DNA of 64,000 nucleotides from Octopus vulgaris (taxonomy: Eukaryota): contig OX597822.1 in assembly GCA_951406725.2 (NCBI GenBank), positions 48,298,001-48,362,000 on the forward strand, read 5' to 3'. The number at the start of each line of letters is the position of its first letter. Positions within the stretch are counted from its first letter, which is position 1. The translations under genes and the position numbers were made by a program. This document shows, piece by piece, positions 27,865 through 43,576 of this stretch. The notes below the pieces were generated by a model. It saw nothing but the letters and a program-made list of their open reading frames with translations, did not search any database and was not told the DNA's origin.

Positions 27865-28189
27865 GTGAAGGATGAGGGGTGAGCGTGAGTGGGAGCTAAA
27901 TCAGGATGGACACGGTAAAGGAGAATGTTAGTGGGGAAAGGAGCTGTGGACATTAAGGAAGGGTGGGTAGAAAGATGTTTGTCTGAAACGAGTCCCCACT
28001 TCGTCACCCCTCAACATCCTTCATTGTCACTACGTCACGTGCCAGGTGACAAACGGGTAAACGTTGTGCTACCCTAGCATAGTGCACATTGGGATTCTAT
28101 GTATGTTCAGATATGTCTATTTATCTTCAGAAGAGGTACACTGAAACGCTTGCGCCTTCTGTGTGTGTGTTTGTGTGTGTGTATATGTG

Positions 28190-28226
28190 TGTGTGTGCGA
28201 GTGTTTGTGTGTGTATTTATACATAC

Positions 28227-28296
<70 letters not shown>

Positions 28297-28335
28297 GTAT
28301 GTATAAATACACACACAAACACTCGCACACACACA
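28190..28335. repeat. Perfect palindrome centred on (TA)n
   Basis: gtgtgcgagtgtttgtgtgtgtatttatacatac... mirrored by ...gtatgtataaatacacacacaaacactcgcacac. Confidence 0.8.
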
Positions 28336-28350
28336 TACACACACATACAA

Positions 28351-28388
<38 letters not shown>

Positions 28389-28559
28389 GTTTGTGTATAC
28401 ATGCATGCATAAATGCATATATAAATAAATAAATAAGTATATATATGTATGTATATATATATATTACATATATGTATGTATATATATATGTATACATAGC
28501 GGTTTTCTCAATTGCATGAACTAAAAGCCGGAGGGGCACGGGATGAACTCCCTGCATCA

Positions 28560-28710
28560 ACTTACTATAAAAAGTAGGTAGTAATTTTACCTTGCCTTAT
28601 TCTTAGTGCAAGTTTTGAAGAGTGCAGTTCGATTTGCACAGTTATTTTTTCAAAGCTATAATGGAAGTGACAAAGGAGCATATTCGGCATATTTTGCTTT
28701 ATGAGTTCAA
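28560..28710 (+). mobile_element. mariner 5' fragment, followed by a SINE2 head and a hAT TIR (to 28885)
   Basis: Encodes MEVTKEHIRHILLYEF (Mos1-type N-terminal HTH); ggttgagaaccactg at 28871-28885. Confidence 0.65.
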
Positions 28711-31084
28711 CACCCGATCTGGGAATCGAAACCTTGATCCTATGACCGCGAGTCCACTGCCCTAACTACTGGACTATTGCGCCTCCACTATTTTGTGTAT
28801 TCTAGAAGTATAACCAGTATAATTGCAGATGAATTTTAACAAGATTAACCCCAGGTGTCATATGAACTCTGGTTGAGAACCACTGGGCTACACTAAAATA
28901 GAATACAGAAAAATTAAAAATCTGTATATTAAGTTAATACGTTTTAAACCTAGAAGAAACATTTAGTGTGATTTAACCAGTTGTTTTCAAACTCTTCCTC
29001 AATATCTCCCTCTGAATCACAAATACATACAGCTTCTCCTCAATAAAAAAAAAACTCACATTCCAGCCTAAATATATAGAAACAATTGTGCATTTGAAGT
29101 AAATTGCACCGCGGTCAACGGTAGCTCGACCACCATATCATGTATAGGATTAACGTTCAAAATTCCATTTTATCAACATAAGCATACCTTTAGAATCAAG
29201 AACAGAAAAGCTTACACATTGCTCTTGAACAATAGTTTGTATTTAAAGTCAACAATATATCTTTAAATGAAATGGAAAATACTTTTTCACACTCTGTCAT
29301 ATATTTACAATATAAAAAAAAAAGACGATGGCCTGTTGTGAAACCCTGCATATTACGAAATTCTATTCCCAGATCTCTAATTATTTAATCCATACTTAAA
29401 ATTTCTCTCTTCGTAAAGACATAGGATTTTTAGATCATTAAAATATTTGAAAATTATTTTATTTCTGGAAAGATTGGAAGTTACAGAACTCACGCCGGAA
29501 CTCTTGTCTATTGAATTTACATTTTTTTCATTAAGCTTTTCACAAATAGCAATGACTCCCTTAATTAAAGTTCTTACTTTGCAATTTATTTATGACCCAT
29601 AATAGAAATTGCGCAGTAGTAATTAATAAATCTAGAGCTTAGTGTCTAGTATGATTCCAGCTTTAAAAAATGTATTTAATTAGGTTCAATTAACGTTATA
29701 TTACTTATTAATTTTTCTAATTATTGAACTTGCTGTTTACAAGTTCATTTTCAACCGCCAATGTATTAAGCTTTATGATGTATTTTTAGCGAAGTTAATA
29801 TTAATACAACTTATTCTCCAACAATTTATTCCAGGCAAAACAAACTTCTATTTTATTTTACCTCTATTTTCTTTTAATTTACATTCCAATGTATTCACTT
29901 TTCCATACATTATTAAGAAAACATAAATTTGAGAGAAGGCTTTAGTAAAGTCAGCGAATATCAAGAACATTCTTTCAGATTTATGTTTTCTTAATAATGT
30001 ATTAGATTAGCTAATACCGTTATTTTGACTTACACCAAATTGGCATCGTTGACAATATGTAATTCACATTCAGATATACGATTCATTCGTACAAACATGT
30101 TACCAGTTCAAATATGCTTGAGGCATATTCGACCCCGTAAGAAAGTCATTGACTGTATTTCGTCATACAGAAATTTTCTCGCTGTAGACAAATAGGTGCA
30201 AACGCACAGGGTCAGCTCGCAGTGCCACCGAACTAGACTGCTGTATGCATGCATTTCAGAATGGTTATCTCCCCTTCAGCAATAGAGACCGGAAAGGTAG
30301 ACGCCATGAACTGACGAAAGAGACAGGTCATTCTTATGATATTTATCTTATGATGTTTATCTGCATACTCCCCCCCTCTCTCTCTCTCTCTATATATATA
30401 TATATGCGGAAACGAAATAATATATTAGTTTCACGCTGGATTAAAAATGGTCTAAGAATGTCATGCTCGTCAGATTGTTTGTTTATCGAAGAAAATGAGA
30501 AAAGGAAAGAAAAGATAGGGGGAAAAGATCTATGAATGGCCGAAACACGAATGTAATTGTGTGTGTGTTAGAAAATGAAACAGAAAGTCTTATAAGAGGA
30601 AAAGAAGTCTTAAAGCTAACAAAATAATAGACGATGAGTGAAACATTAAAAGAAAAAAAAACATTGGATGAATTCCTACCAAACGCTGTATTATAAGTGC
30701 TTATTCGCTTCGTAACTACGTAGGTTCGTGTTTGATACCATCTTGCGGCATCTTGAGAAAGTGTCTTCTACCATAATCTTGTGTTGATGACAGAAACTAT
30801 GGAAACCTATCAGAGAGACAATTCGTATACTTGGGTGGCGGTAAACAACTTGTTGCCCAGTTTAACTCCATCACCTGGCACTTGGATGCTTTTAACGTCG
30901 TTGCAGATATGTATTGCAATTCACCATTGGTCCAATGTTGCATATCTCTGAATTATGAATCAATACCAACGATACAAGAAAGTTAATTTTGCATCCAGTG
31001 TCCATCGTATTAATACAAATATCACGTACGACTTAATTCCAGGGCCATAAAGAACGTCCACCAGTAAAATAACATCGTTTCAAA

Positions 31085-31590
31085 GACTTATTTACTGGGA
31101 ACGTTTGAAAGTTTTGTGTCTCTACTCCCTTGAACGGCGAAGAGGGAGATATACTATTATATACGTATGGAAAATCATGGAGGGGCATGTTCTAAGCTTT
31201 GACATTAAAGAAAATTTTAATGCACGGGTTGAAAAATACTCTCTGCTTCTAAATATATCACCTTCGAAATCACGATAAAACCACTATTGTAACAATCTGA
31301 TATTTAGTGGTCCTCAACTGTTCGACTGCATATCTAAAGAAATCAGAAGTTTAAAAGGGGCCTCTACTGAAGCATTAAAAAAACAAAATTGAACGAAATC
31401 CTAACGGCGATACTGAAGCAGCCAAGCATTCAAGGACACAGTCAAGGAAGATCAGCAACTACAACTCACTCACAGACCAACTTCACGGCATAAAGCGACA
31501 ACAAAACTAATAGAAAATGAATGGATTGCTCCAGCATGGCTGCGGTTCTACGACTGTAACCACTGAAATAATAAAAGAATAAAGAATCTC
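31085..31590 (+). pseudogene. CR1-type LINE 3' fragment
   Basis: YWERLKVLCLYSLERRRGRYTIIYVWKIMEG...GPQLFDCI; tail ctccagcatggctgcgg...ctgaaataataaaagaat. Confidence 0.75.
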
Positions 31591-32436
31591 AACCTTTAGT
31601 TGTAATGAAAAAAGCTATTCGCCATTCGCAAATTTCATTTCATTGCCGATTCTAGTCGAGTATTGCCGAACATTTTATTATACCGATCTTTCCCGGCTTC
31701 AGTGGTTTCACTTTCTGAACCACAAAGCAAAACATCACTTTTTACAATATGATATACAGGGTTATTCAAAGTGAATGTACAAAAAGAAAATATACCTATG
31801 AGTGCTGTAATGAATATGTTGCAAAATACAGATGTAACACGAAAGGTTAACTCTCCAAGTTTTGTTTGGCAACACTGGTAATCTCACCTTTACTGAATTG
31901 CTTGCTAGAGGCGTTGTTGCTCAAGATGGTGGCATCCGCGCGAGAGAAAGCGTATTATGTACTCAGATACGAAAAACTTCATCGGCATCATTCATTTTGA
32001 ATTACCTTTTTCAAAGCAATGTATATCTGAATATTGTCACTTCATTTACATCTTAAAAATCGAAGTTTAAAAAAAATTTTAATATCGACTCTAATTAAAT
32101 AAGAATAAACCATTTATGCGTTATTGTTTTTCTCTTTCCTTGTGATATACGTACTTCGAAAACAAAACCATTTTTTTGCTTCCTATAGCAAACTAGACTT
32201 CTCTTTTCGTTTCAGCATTTGAAATAAACTGCGATGTCTAGTTTCTCTTCTTTTTCTGTTATTTGTTTCATTCAGTGGAATGAAGCATGAATTTTTGCTT
32301 GATCGGAGCTGTCCTGGGACCAAACATCACCTTATAACTAAAATGTATGGCGATATTGTTGCTGTTATTGATGTTGATGTTGCTATGACGAATTTTGAAC
32401 GACACCCGGTAGATGAGCGAAAGAGGGCGCCGTTAA

Positions 32437-32468
<32 letters not shown>

Positions 32469-33025
32469 AGGAGGGAGAGGAAGGAAGTGAGAGAGATAGA
32501 CCAAGAGAGGGATGGAAATAGAGATGTGGAAAGAGGAAATGACTGATCAAAAAAGAGAGAACAAGACAAAGAGATTCTAACAACAGGAAAACAGGTAGCG
32601 GTGGCGGCGGCGGCGGTGGTTGTGGCGGCGGTGGTGGCGGCGGCGGTGGTGGTGACGGCGGCGGCGGTAGTGGCGGCGGTTGTGGTGGTGGTGGTTGTGG
32701 TGGTGGCGGCGGCGGCGGCGGTTGTGGTGGTGGTGGTAATGGTGACGACGATGATGATGATAATGATGTTCGATAAATATCTATCATCTGATAACGATTC
32801 CAATTATCTGATAGGATGTCTGCGGGATATCGGCATGATGATGATGATTGCGATGAGGGTGGTGGTGATGTTGGTGATTTTCTAAATGATGGGAATAATG
32901 TTTAGGGAGATGATTACGATCAGAAACGTGGTGTGTTCATAACGATTACAGTGATGGTGATGGTGATGGTGATGGTGAAAATGAGGACGGTGACAATGAT
33001 GATGACGACAGTCATGATGATGATG

Positions 33026-33056
<31 letters not shown>

Positions 33057-33109
33057 CGACGACGACGGTGATGGTGATGATGATGAAGAGGAGGCGGAGG
33101 ATGGCGGTT

Positions 33110-33145
<36 letters not shown>

Positions 33146-33486
33146 TTGATGATGATGATAGAAATGAAGGGGAAGATGGTGACAGTGATAATAATAATGT
33201 GGCAGAGGTAATGGTGATGATGATTGTGAAGGTGATAATGGAAAAGAGAGAAAGAAGTAGAGAGAAGAGGAAAGAGAGAGAGAGAGAGAGAGAGAGAGTA
33301 GGAGATATAAGGCGAAATGGTGAGGTGGAGGAGAAGAAATTGAGAAACAGAATTGGAAATCAACGATAAAAGTATCGATATTTCGAATGGTGATGCTGTC
33401 TCCCCAGTCAGGGTATGACTGAAGTCACGTGTTATCTTGTCTAGACATAATTACTTCGCAGAATTCCACTGAGAACAAAGAGACAG

Positions 33487-33593
<107 letters not shown>

Positions 33594-33639
33594 TGTGTGT
33601 GTATGTATGTATGTATATATATATATGCACACACATATG

Positions 33640-33693
<54 letters not shown>

Positions 33694-34217
33694 AATATAT
33701 ACATACACATGCACATATACATATAACGGTAACTACATAGGCACACACATACACACACACACACATATATATGTATATATTGTTATATATATTGTTAGTT
33801 TGGGGGATATTTTTTGTTAAACACACGCACTATATATTTGTTCTTCACTCGGCCATTACTGTTCTTATTTTATCTTATGTCCAGTGTCTGGAAATCTTTC
33901 GTCACCCATCTGTGACCTCTTCAGTGACCCTTTCCATCCGCGACTTTCCTGCCGCTACGCTCAGTCCATTCTGTCCTTGTAACGTTACGTGTACACTAAG
34001 ATATATGCATCTAGCAAACACGAGACATTCAATACAAACGTAGAATTTATTTCGGCCGAACCATTTTGCTGTTAGAGACATACACGCACATACGCACACA
34101 CACACACACATGCATACATAAATACATACATACATAAATACATACATACATACATACACATTCTCGCACACACTCATCATAGACATGCACACATACATCA
34201 CATGCATTCTCAAGTAC

Positions 34218-34297
<80 letters not shown>

Positions 34298-35374
34298 TTC
34301 TACGTATATCTGTCTGTCTGTCTCTTCCTCCACACACACACACACACACACACACTTACCACGCGCGCGCGCGTTTTACTTTCATGAAAGATGCTTTAGT
34401 GGTTTTTGCTGTGAGGAAATGCATTGGAAATGCCTTTATTTCCGAAGAATCTAACAACGGTCTTGGAATGGCAAACAGACAGACAGACTGACAGACAGCC
34501 TGAAGCCACCTCAATTTACTTCAAAGTGTTGTAGGTCAAAGAAAGTTCAAGACGTTAACTCCTCGCCCCCTCCCCCCAGCTTCTTCTGTTCCTGTTTTTC
34601 CCGGGGTTTTTTTCTTGTGACTTTTTATTCTTACGCCCCGTCCCTTAGTTCCCTTCCAACTCTCACACTCTTACTCACACCCTCTCTATATCTCTTTCTC
34701 TCCCTCACTCCCATTTCGTCTTCTCATCATTCTGTTTCTCTTCCTTTTTGGTTTCATATTCTACATCACCCATCTTCTTATCGTTTGAATCCCTCCCCCC
34801 ACTAATTTTGCGCTTCATGCAGATGGCGCCTCTAAATGAACTAACTTCTAAACAATTCTGTTTTCCTACACCACCAGGCAGTGCATATTTTACAGACTGA
34901 TTCTACACCTGTCGTTGATTTACAGGTGTTGCCAATGATCAGAAGGTTTCATCTACTCCCAGCAGACTGAATATCAAGGATCCCTATTTAGTATAAAGAT
35001 TGTTGGCTTACTACAGGTGCAGTTACATACATAGTAGGGTGCTGGATACCTTCCACAGAAGCTGGCTATCAGAAGCTGGTAACCAAAAGATTACCCTAGA
35101 TGCACCATATATATCTTGCTATCAAGCATTCTGAGCCATTGACCATCTTGGGCTCTTCTGCACATTCAGCTTTCGTGCCCTTAAGGGGTAACGTCCTCTT
35201 TGCAGCAGCCCTCGGGCGCTTGCAGATAGCCCTGCTTAGTTTTGCTCCCTAGCCGAAGTGAGGTATCGGGGTGTGGTCGACGGTGTGTATCCCGACTTCT
35301 GGGAGTCATAAGTGGGAGCCGTATAGCAGTTGGAGACCAGTGGCTCTGTCCACACCTGTCCTTCTGCCCTACAC

Positions 35375-35950
35375 CACCGGTTCTCAACCGGGGTCCATAT
35401 GATCCCTTCGGGTTCCATAAAAGATTTTTGTTACTAAAGTTTATGTGCAATGAATTGGTTCTACTCTTACAGTAATGCACAAAATATATTTTAACAATAT
35501 TTTTATGCAGTTCCTAATAATCCTTTCTAAGGCCTGAAATTTGGTGAGGTAGGGGTAGGGGGATAATTCGATTAGATCGACCCCAATACACAACTGGTAT
35601 TTTTATTTTCTACTCTTGTCACAAGGCCCGAAATTTTGGGGAAGGGGCCAGTCGATTAGATCGACCACAGTACGCAACTGGTACTTAATTTATCGACCAC
35701 AAAAGGATGAAAAGCAAAGTCAACCTCGGCGGAATTTGAACTCAGAACATAGCGACGGGTGAAATACCGCTAAGCATTTCGCTCGGCGTGCTAACGATTC
35801 TACCAGCTCGCCGCCTTTACAATTCCTGATAATATTAATTCTAAAAAAGACCAAAGGATCTTTTAAACACCGAATGGCTTTGGGGTTTTATCCCAGTCAA
35901 ATGGAACCAAATGAGTCTACAGGTTAAAAAAAAATGGTTGAGAATCATTG
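35375..35950. mobile_element. hAT-type MITE with nested SINE family 3 (35525-35817, minus)
   Basis: TIRs caccggttctcaacc / ggttgagaatcattg; SINE head aaggcggcgagctggtagaatcgttagc...gagttcaaattcc. Confidence 0.7.
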
Positions 35951-36318
35951 CACCACGAACTTGAACATAAACCGTATTATTCTCAAATGTCATGAGCACG
36001 ATCCCCTCATAACCCCAAAAAAAAATAATAATAATAACCTTCAAACATTTATTTATGTAACCAATTACATTTGTCTCTTGATGTTATTGTGTCAAGGGGA
36101 TAAACACTCTCTTCCCATCCTCTCCCCTTCACCCTCTTCTCAACTTTCTCTTTCTCTTCTCTTCGCTGTGGTCTTTGTGATTATGCCATAATCCTAATCA
36201 CTATTACTACCACCAACCTCAAACAACATTCACCGTCATCATCATCATCATCACCACCACCACCATCATCACCATCATCATCACCATCGTCACCACCACC
36301 ATCACCACCACCACCACC

Positions 36319-36349
<31 letters not shown>

Positions 36350-36393
36350 CCATTGTCACCAACACCACCATCATCATCATCATCATCATCATT

Positions 36394-36432
<39 letters not shown>

Positions 36433-38876
36433 GTCGTCGTCGTCGTCGTCGTCATCATCATCATCCTTGACAAAGTTATTAGGAAGCAATGTTTAGTTCC
36501 TCTTCTTTATGATCTGAGTTCGAACCTGGTCGAGATCGATAGTGTTTGTCACCAGCGTCCATTTTTGATTTAATAAAATAAATCCACAGAACAGTAAAAC
36601 CCTTACCCAAAATGTTTGACCTCCTGGTTATAACGGATCCTCCGTCGATTTCGACGAAGAACATTCAGTTCCACCAGCTAAACTACCTTCACGTTGAATT
36701 AATATTCAAATGGCCGAGTACTCCTCAGTCACGTTTATCCTTTGACATTATCTTCTAGTCGAATCAACCCGAAACAGTGTGTGACAACGTTGGTTCTTTG
36801 AATTACAAACACAGGTGACCTTGTATCCCATTATATGTGGCTGTGTATTACGCGAACACGTGTTCCCTTTGTGCAGCTCTCAGGCAGGATCAGTGTGACA
36901 GTGTGCAAGATGGCCTTTTGATTTATGGCGAGAATCCTCTCAAGCAGTTTCCTCGTTGATTTTGTCGCCTTAGTTTCCCTCACAAGACTTTGACACGTAC
37001 TGTATTACTTAATACTGTAATATTACGTGTCTTTTGTAATATTACTGTATTACTGTAATATTACTGTAACATGTCACGTAATGGGATCGAACCCGAGGTA
37101 GTAATATAGCAAAACTAACTTATCTACCTAGTCCTGTCAGCAGTCACTGAATGAGAAGTTCTGGCGCAGCTGTTTGGAGGCCGATGATTTGGCGCAGCTC
37201 ACTGAAAAAGTATTTGTTGGCGACAGAGGTAAAAACGTACAACTCGTGCGCGAACAGAAATATACATATGCAGATAGAAAAGACGTGTGTATGTGTGTGC
37301 GTGCGCTCGTGCATATGCATATATATTTATAAATATTCAATTAATAATATTCTCAAATGTGAATCCAGCTATAAAGAACTTAAGGCATTGGATTAAAAAA
37401 AAAGCCATCGGAACTATATATTTCATAGTAGAATAATTCAAGCCATGAATTCCAAAACAGCAACAACAGTAATCACCTCTCTTCTCCAACCGTACTTTCC
37501 TCCTTCCTTTACCTCTACTGTTACTCGTTCTTCAAACTAGCACTCACCACTCCTTCAAATCATTTTTTCCGTCCAAAATAGCTTCCTCACTCCTGAATTA
37601 AATTTCATCCACGTTCTCCGAGAACACTGACCCTTAAATATTTTCATAGCATCCCTGTTGATCAATTACATTTGTTGCGTAATTACGTGATACCTTTTGC
37701 AAATCATAAAGGATCTTGTCACAGAACCACTTATATAAAGCAGTGTGTTTCATTGCCTAGCTTATTTCTATATCAATATTATTCTCTTTTAAGTCCTAAA
37801 TGTGCTTCAAGAAAGCCGTTGTGCTTATTCTATTTATATAGTGGGATGAATTCAGCTGTTACGTGTATCCAGGCTTGAATGCTTTGCTTGTTGCACCGAT
37901 GCACAAATTTTTAGCTACTTTTTGAAATAACGTTGCATCAGACATCACTTTCCTTCAGAGCAATTTCAATTTCCACTTAACGGTCAACGCTTTGTTCAGT
38001 TGCAGTTGCGTCTATTTTCGGTTGTGGGTTTAGAGATACGTATATATTTTGGTTTCTACTACAGCTGTTGCTAACTTTTAAGTTGCTACTATTGAATAGA
38101 AGGTCGGTTCATTCAGAAGTTCTTGTCACACTTGATGCTATGTGTAAGCACACAAACATACACACATGAAGACATAAATATGCATATATATTATATTATA
38201 TAGATGCATGTATGTAGATATATACACGTATATACATACACATACATAAACATGTATGTTTGTGGTGTATATATAACATACTTATTTGATAAGCCATAAA
38301 TTTCTATATTTAATTTTCATTGTAAACTAGTATTTTCGCATTTTGTCCTTTTGTCACAATTATTTCTTTTCTTTCCACAAACTTCAACACTGTAAATTAA
38401 ATTCTACACAATTTCAGGAGGGCTTTTTGAAATAACTTTCTTTTTGCAATAATCCTTTTTTTCCCCATTTTTTCATAATTTTATTCGTCTCGCTCCCATA
38501 GTTTTTATCTGTTTTTATTACACGATATGTTTGATTTTTCTCCTCCAGCAGTGATTAATATTTGATTTTGTGAAGAGGGTTTTTTTTCTTATTCTTTTCT
38601 TTTTTTGTATAGTTTATTGTGTGTTTCTTTGCTGTAATCCTACGCCATATAAATAATGGGTGCATGAATCTTTTTCACATTATCTTGAAGAGTGCATTTA
38701 ATAGCCGAAGCAATTTGCATTTTGCAAACGGAATGTGTATTGTATGTGTGTATGTATGTGTGTGCATGTGCGTGTGTGTGTGTATTTGTTATATACACAT
38801 ATTTGCATGTTGGTTTGTATAAGCATATATATACATATACATACACATACATACATACATACATATACATACATAC

Positions 38877-38944
<68 letters not shown>

Positions 38945-39067
38945 CACGATTTATTCGTAATCAGAGGCGTTCGTAAAGCGAGGTACTGCTGTATTAACTG
39001 AATATGTAAAAGACAGGAGAGAAAGTATGATTTATTCGTGATCAGAGTTGTTCGAAAACCGAAGTTC

Positions 39068-39118
<51 letters not shown>

Positions 39119-39133
39119 TAAGGATATATATAT

Positions 39134-39497
39134 TCTTTTATTCTTTTACTTGTTTCAGTCATTTGATTGTGGCCATGCTGGAGCACCACATTTAGTCGAG
39201 CAAATCTACTCTAGGACTTGTACTTATTCTATCGCTTCTTTTTCCGTTACGGGGACGTAAACACACCAACAAGTGATAGTGGAGGGACAGTCACACAAAT
39301 ACATAATACATACATATATATAAATACATATAGATATATACGACAGGCTTCTTTCAGTTTCCGTCTACCAGATCCCCTCACAAGGCTTTGGTCGGCCCGA
39401 GGCTATAGTAGAAGACACTTGCCCACGCAGTGGGACTGAACCCGGAACCATGTGGTTGGGAAGCATGCATCTCACCACACAGCCACTCCTGCGCCTA
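39134..39497 (-). mobile_element. SINE family 1, near full length
   Basis: Same head and tail as 22671-23031. Confidence 0.85.
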
Positions 39498-39812
39498 TAT
39501 ATACATGTATATATGCACATGCGTGCTTGTGTATGTGAGTGCAAACCGCTACATGAAAATAAAATATAGAAACTAGCTGTCATACACATACAGAGTATGC
39601 CCAAAATCATAAACTCACAAACACACATATATACACACATATGCACATGCGTACACTGATGCAGATATATACACACAGACGGGTCTATGAAGAGACTTCA
39701 TCGACACCGGGCAACTGCAACCTTTCACCTTTTGGCTGATATTTTGGGTAGACGTGCACGCTGGGGCTGCAGGTGGTGGAGAAATTAGGGCGAGGAGGGA
39801 ACCGGGTATTTG

Positions 39813-39862
<50 letters not shown>

Positions 39863-39946
39863 TGTGTGTGTGTGTGTGTCTGTGTTTGCGTGTGTGTGTG
39901 TGTATGGATGTGCTAGTATGTAAACGTATGTATGTCATATGTTTCG

Positions 39947-39979
<33 letters not shown>

Positions 39980-41133
39980 CCTACCTACCTACTTACCTAC
40001 CTACCTACTTACCTACCTACCTATCTGTCTGTCTGTCTGTCTGACTGTCTGCCTGTCTGACTGTCTGTCTGTCTGCCTACCTGCTTGCCTGACTGTCTGT
40101 CTGTCTATCGATATTTATAAATATGCATATAATTATATACATCTACGCATATACATATAAATATATACATATACATGTATGTGTATCTGTATGAGTATGT
40201 ATGTATATGTATGTATATATGTCATGTCCGTGTCTATACACACACACACGCATACACACACACACACACACACATATATGTATATACTCACACACGTACA
40301 CACACATAAGGAAGAGTGGGAGGTAAGGGGAATAGAAGATGTAGTGGCAGGAAGAAATAAGGTGTGGGTGGAAGCAGGGAAAAGAAGGTGGAAGGGGCCA
40401 TTGAAACAGTGTTGTTGTTGTTGTTGTTGGCGGTGGTGGTGGTTGATGGTATGAATTGCGCGAGTAAGGTGAAAAACTGAAGTTGAGGATTAAAACGGTT
40501 CCTGTTTCGCCGTGAGTCATTTCTGACCCGGTAGGCTTATGAAGTGGCCGCCCAGTCGCAATTTTCTTTCTTGCTTTAAATGATAATGTATTCAGGACCA
40601 CACTATTGAAAGTATCCTTCCATTTTCATTCGAGGGAGATTTGACTACTATTTCTAGTGAATCAAGCGATTGTATAGAAGTACAGTTTATGTTCAGATTT
40701 CACTGTTGTCCTTTTCTCCTTTCGGGGTTCATAAAATAAAGTGCCAATCAAGTAGTGGGGTCGATGTAATAGATTTGACACCCTCTCCTCAAAATTGCTG
40801 GCCTTGGAACCTGCATTCGATCAGCGTCCCTGTTAGGTTGTTGTTGTGATTATAGTCACGCCATAGAAACTAGGTAACCGGTCTTGTGAGTTCTACGGCT
40901 CAAGAAAAATAAACAATAATAAAAATAATAATGAAAGAGGTAGATTAGTAGAATTATTATGGTGTCGGCCTTGCGACATATGTTCTGGCTCTTTCTGTGC
41001 TGAGTCCAGTTACCGCTCATGACATTTCTGCTTTTCATCAGTTTCAAATTGATATAAAGAAGCAGTCAGTTAAAAGGAGCGTCTCCTACCTGTGTCGTTT
41101 TCCCCTCATACATACATACATACATACATACAT

Positions 41134-41472
41134 ATGGGATATGTAGCACACAGCCTAAGTACCAATCTTGAGAAATTAGGCTTCTTAAAACCAGAAAGAA
41201 GAAAGTTGATTCGAAGACTACAGATTCAAGCCATCACTGGAACTGTAAAAATCTGTAAAGCTTTCTAGAAGTTTCTCATTTCCGTATATATGAGAATGTA
41301 TCTAGATATGTAACTATATGCATGAGAATACAAACATTAAACAAAGAAAATTTGCACAATCAAAAATCCCTTGTGGTTGATGTTGAAATTCCAGTGAAGG
41401 AGCCTTGGATCTAGGTTAGAAACCGGTTCTTTCTGTATTAGCAAGAAATCTTGAACTAAAACTGAATAATAA
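41134..41472 (+). mobile_element. 3' end of a putative RLE-type non-LTR retrotransposon in (CATA)n
   Basis: GYVAHSLSTNLEKLGFLKPERRKLIRRLQIQAITGTVKICKAF; second copy of the 3' UTR at 43575-43815. Confidence 0.55.
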
Positions 41473-42123
41473 CATACATATATACATACATACGTACATG
41501 CATACATGTATGCATGTATATATGTATGCATGTCTGTATGCATGCATGCATGTATATATGTATGTATATATGCATGCAAGCATGCATGCATGTATGTATG
41601 TGTGTGTATATGTGTGTATGTGTGTGTATGTGTATGTATGGATGGATGTATGACTGTATGTATGTATGATTTACCTTTTATCATACAGTTGGTCAGTCAT
41701 ATAGACGGTGGCCATGCATGTGTGTGACCCTGCAGCTTCATCGAAGTCTTTAAAATAAAGTAAATATGCGCGCGCGCGCACACACAAAAACACAAACACC
41801 CAGACACAATCACATATATACACACACGCAGTTGCTCGTATACACACACACACAAAGACACAAAGGCATTCACATACACACACACACATTTACACATATA
41901 TATACACGCACTCACACATACACACAGACACAAAGAAACACACACACACATACTCACACATATACACACACGCACTCACACATACACACACAGACAAAAA
42001 TACACTCACACACTCACACACACACACATTTACACATATACGCACACGCACTCACACATATAAACACACAGACACAGAGACACTCACACACACACACTGT
42101 ATGTGTGCTATTGAATGAGCTAC

Positions 42124-42157
<34 letters not shown>

Positions 42158-42616
42158 AGGGGGCGGCATCATGAGAAAAGGTAGGAAACAATATAGTGAA
42201 GGAAATAGCTCCCTTCTATTTCATTTTTCTTTCATTCGCTCATTCGTTCATACTTCCTTCCTTTCCTTCTATTTTTCTTTCCTTCTTTTCTTACAATACG
42301 GTAACCAAGGGAGACTATCCTCGCATCACTCCGTCATGAAACCATCCCCCGACCCTAACGTACCCCGCTGTCATTCTACCACTACCGAACGGTCCAACTA
42401 CCTGACTTCTTATCCACCCGTTTCCTACATCGAGACCACCCCCCTTTCCTACTTTCCCCAGTTCCCACTCCATCCCCTTCCCCCTAACATCACCACTACG
42501 TCCCATTTCAAGTACAAGCGAACTTTACGCCACGGTCATCCAATGATAAATGAGAATTAGAAAACAACCTTCCCTCGCCACATTATACATACACACATGC
42601 ATACATACATATACAG

Positions 42617-42672
<56 letters not shown>

Positions 42673-42690
42673 GTATCTCTAATCTATCTA

Positions 42691-42727
<37 letters not shown>

Positions 42728-43132
42728 ATGTATATATGTGTGTATATATATATATGTATATATATATGCATATATATATATACACACATACATACGCATA
42801 TATGCGTGTATGTATAAATGAGCGTATAATTGTGAGTACATATATGTGTATGTATGTATGTATGTATGTATGTATGTATGTATGTATGTATGTGTGTGTA
42901 TGTAAGGACTACAGGAATATAAGCCTGAAAATGTTACAGCCGGAATGGAGTGAAATTGAGTTATATCAAGAAAAAGGGTTGAGGGGAGGGTACGGAAGAA
43001 AGAAGTGTGTGGTGGTGGTGGTGGGTAGCAATGGCGGCGATGGTAGCGAGAGTTTACCTAACCCTTCCTGTTCAACAGTTTCTCCCGGTGTACCGTTTGG
43101 CTCACATGCCAAAACCTATCTCCCCCTCATCA

Positions 43133-43179
<47 letters not shown>

Positions 43180-43505
43180 CACACGAATACATACATAGTT
43201 ACAAGCATACATGCATACACAAATAAAGAAGAGGAAAAAAAAATTCAAAATGGCGTTTGTGCAATTATTCATCGCTATCTTTCCTTTTATTTTTACTCTT
43301 TACTTATTTCAGTCATTGGACTACGGCCATGCTGGAGCAAAGCCTGAAACGTAGTTGAAGAAATCGACACAAGGGACTATGTTGTTATTTTTTTTATTTC
43401 TTTTGTTTTTTTTAAAGTCTGGTGCTTATTTTATGGGTTTCATTTGCCGAAACGCTAAGTTACCGGGTGGAAGGAGTCAACCACTCACACACTGACACAC
43501 ACACT

Positions 43506-43576
<71 letters not shown>

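Noticed and set aside
30260-30296. Possible micro-exon (tttcag...aag|gtagac)
   Set aside because: Weak donor and no supporting neighbouring exons.
34990-35370. GC-richer segment with short ORFs
   Set aside because: Probably a decayed retroelement piece; could not be assigned.
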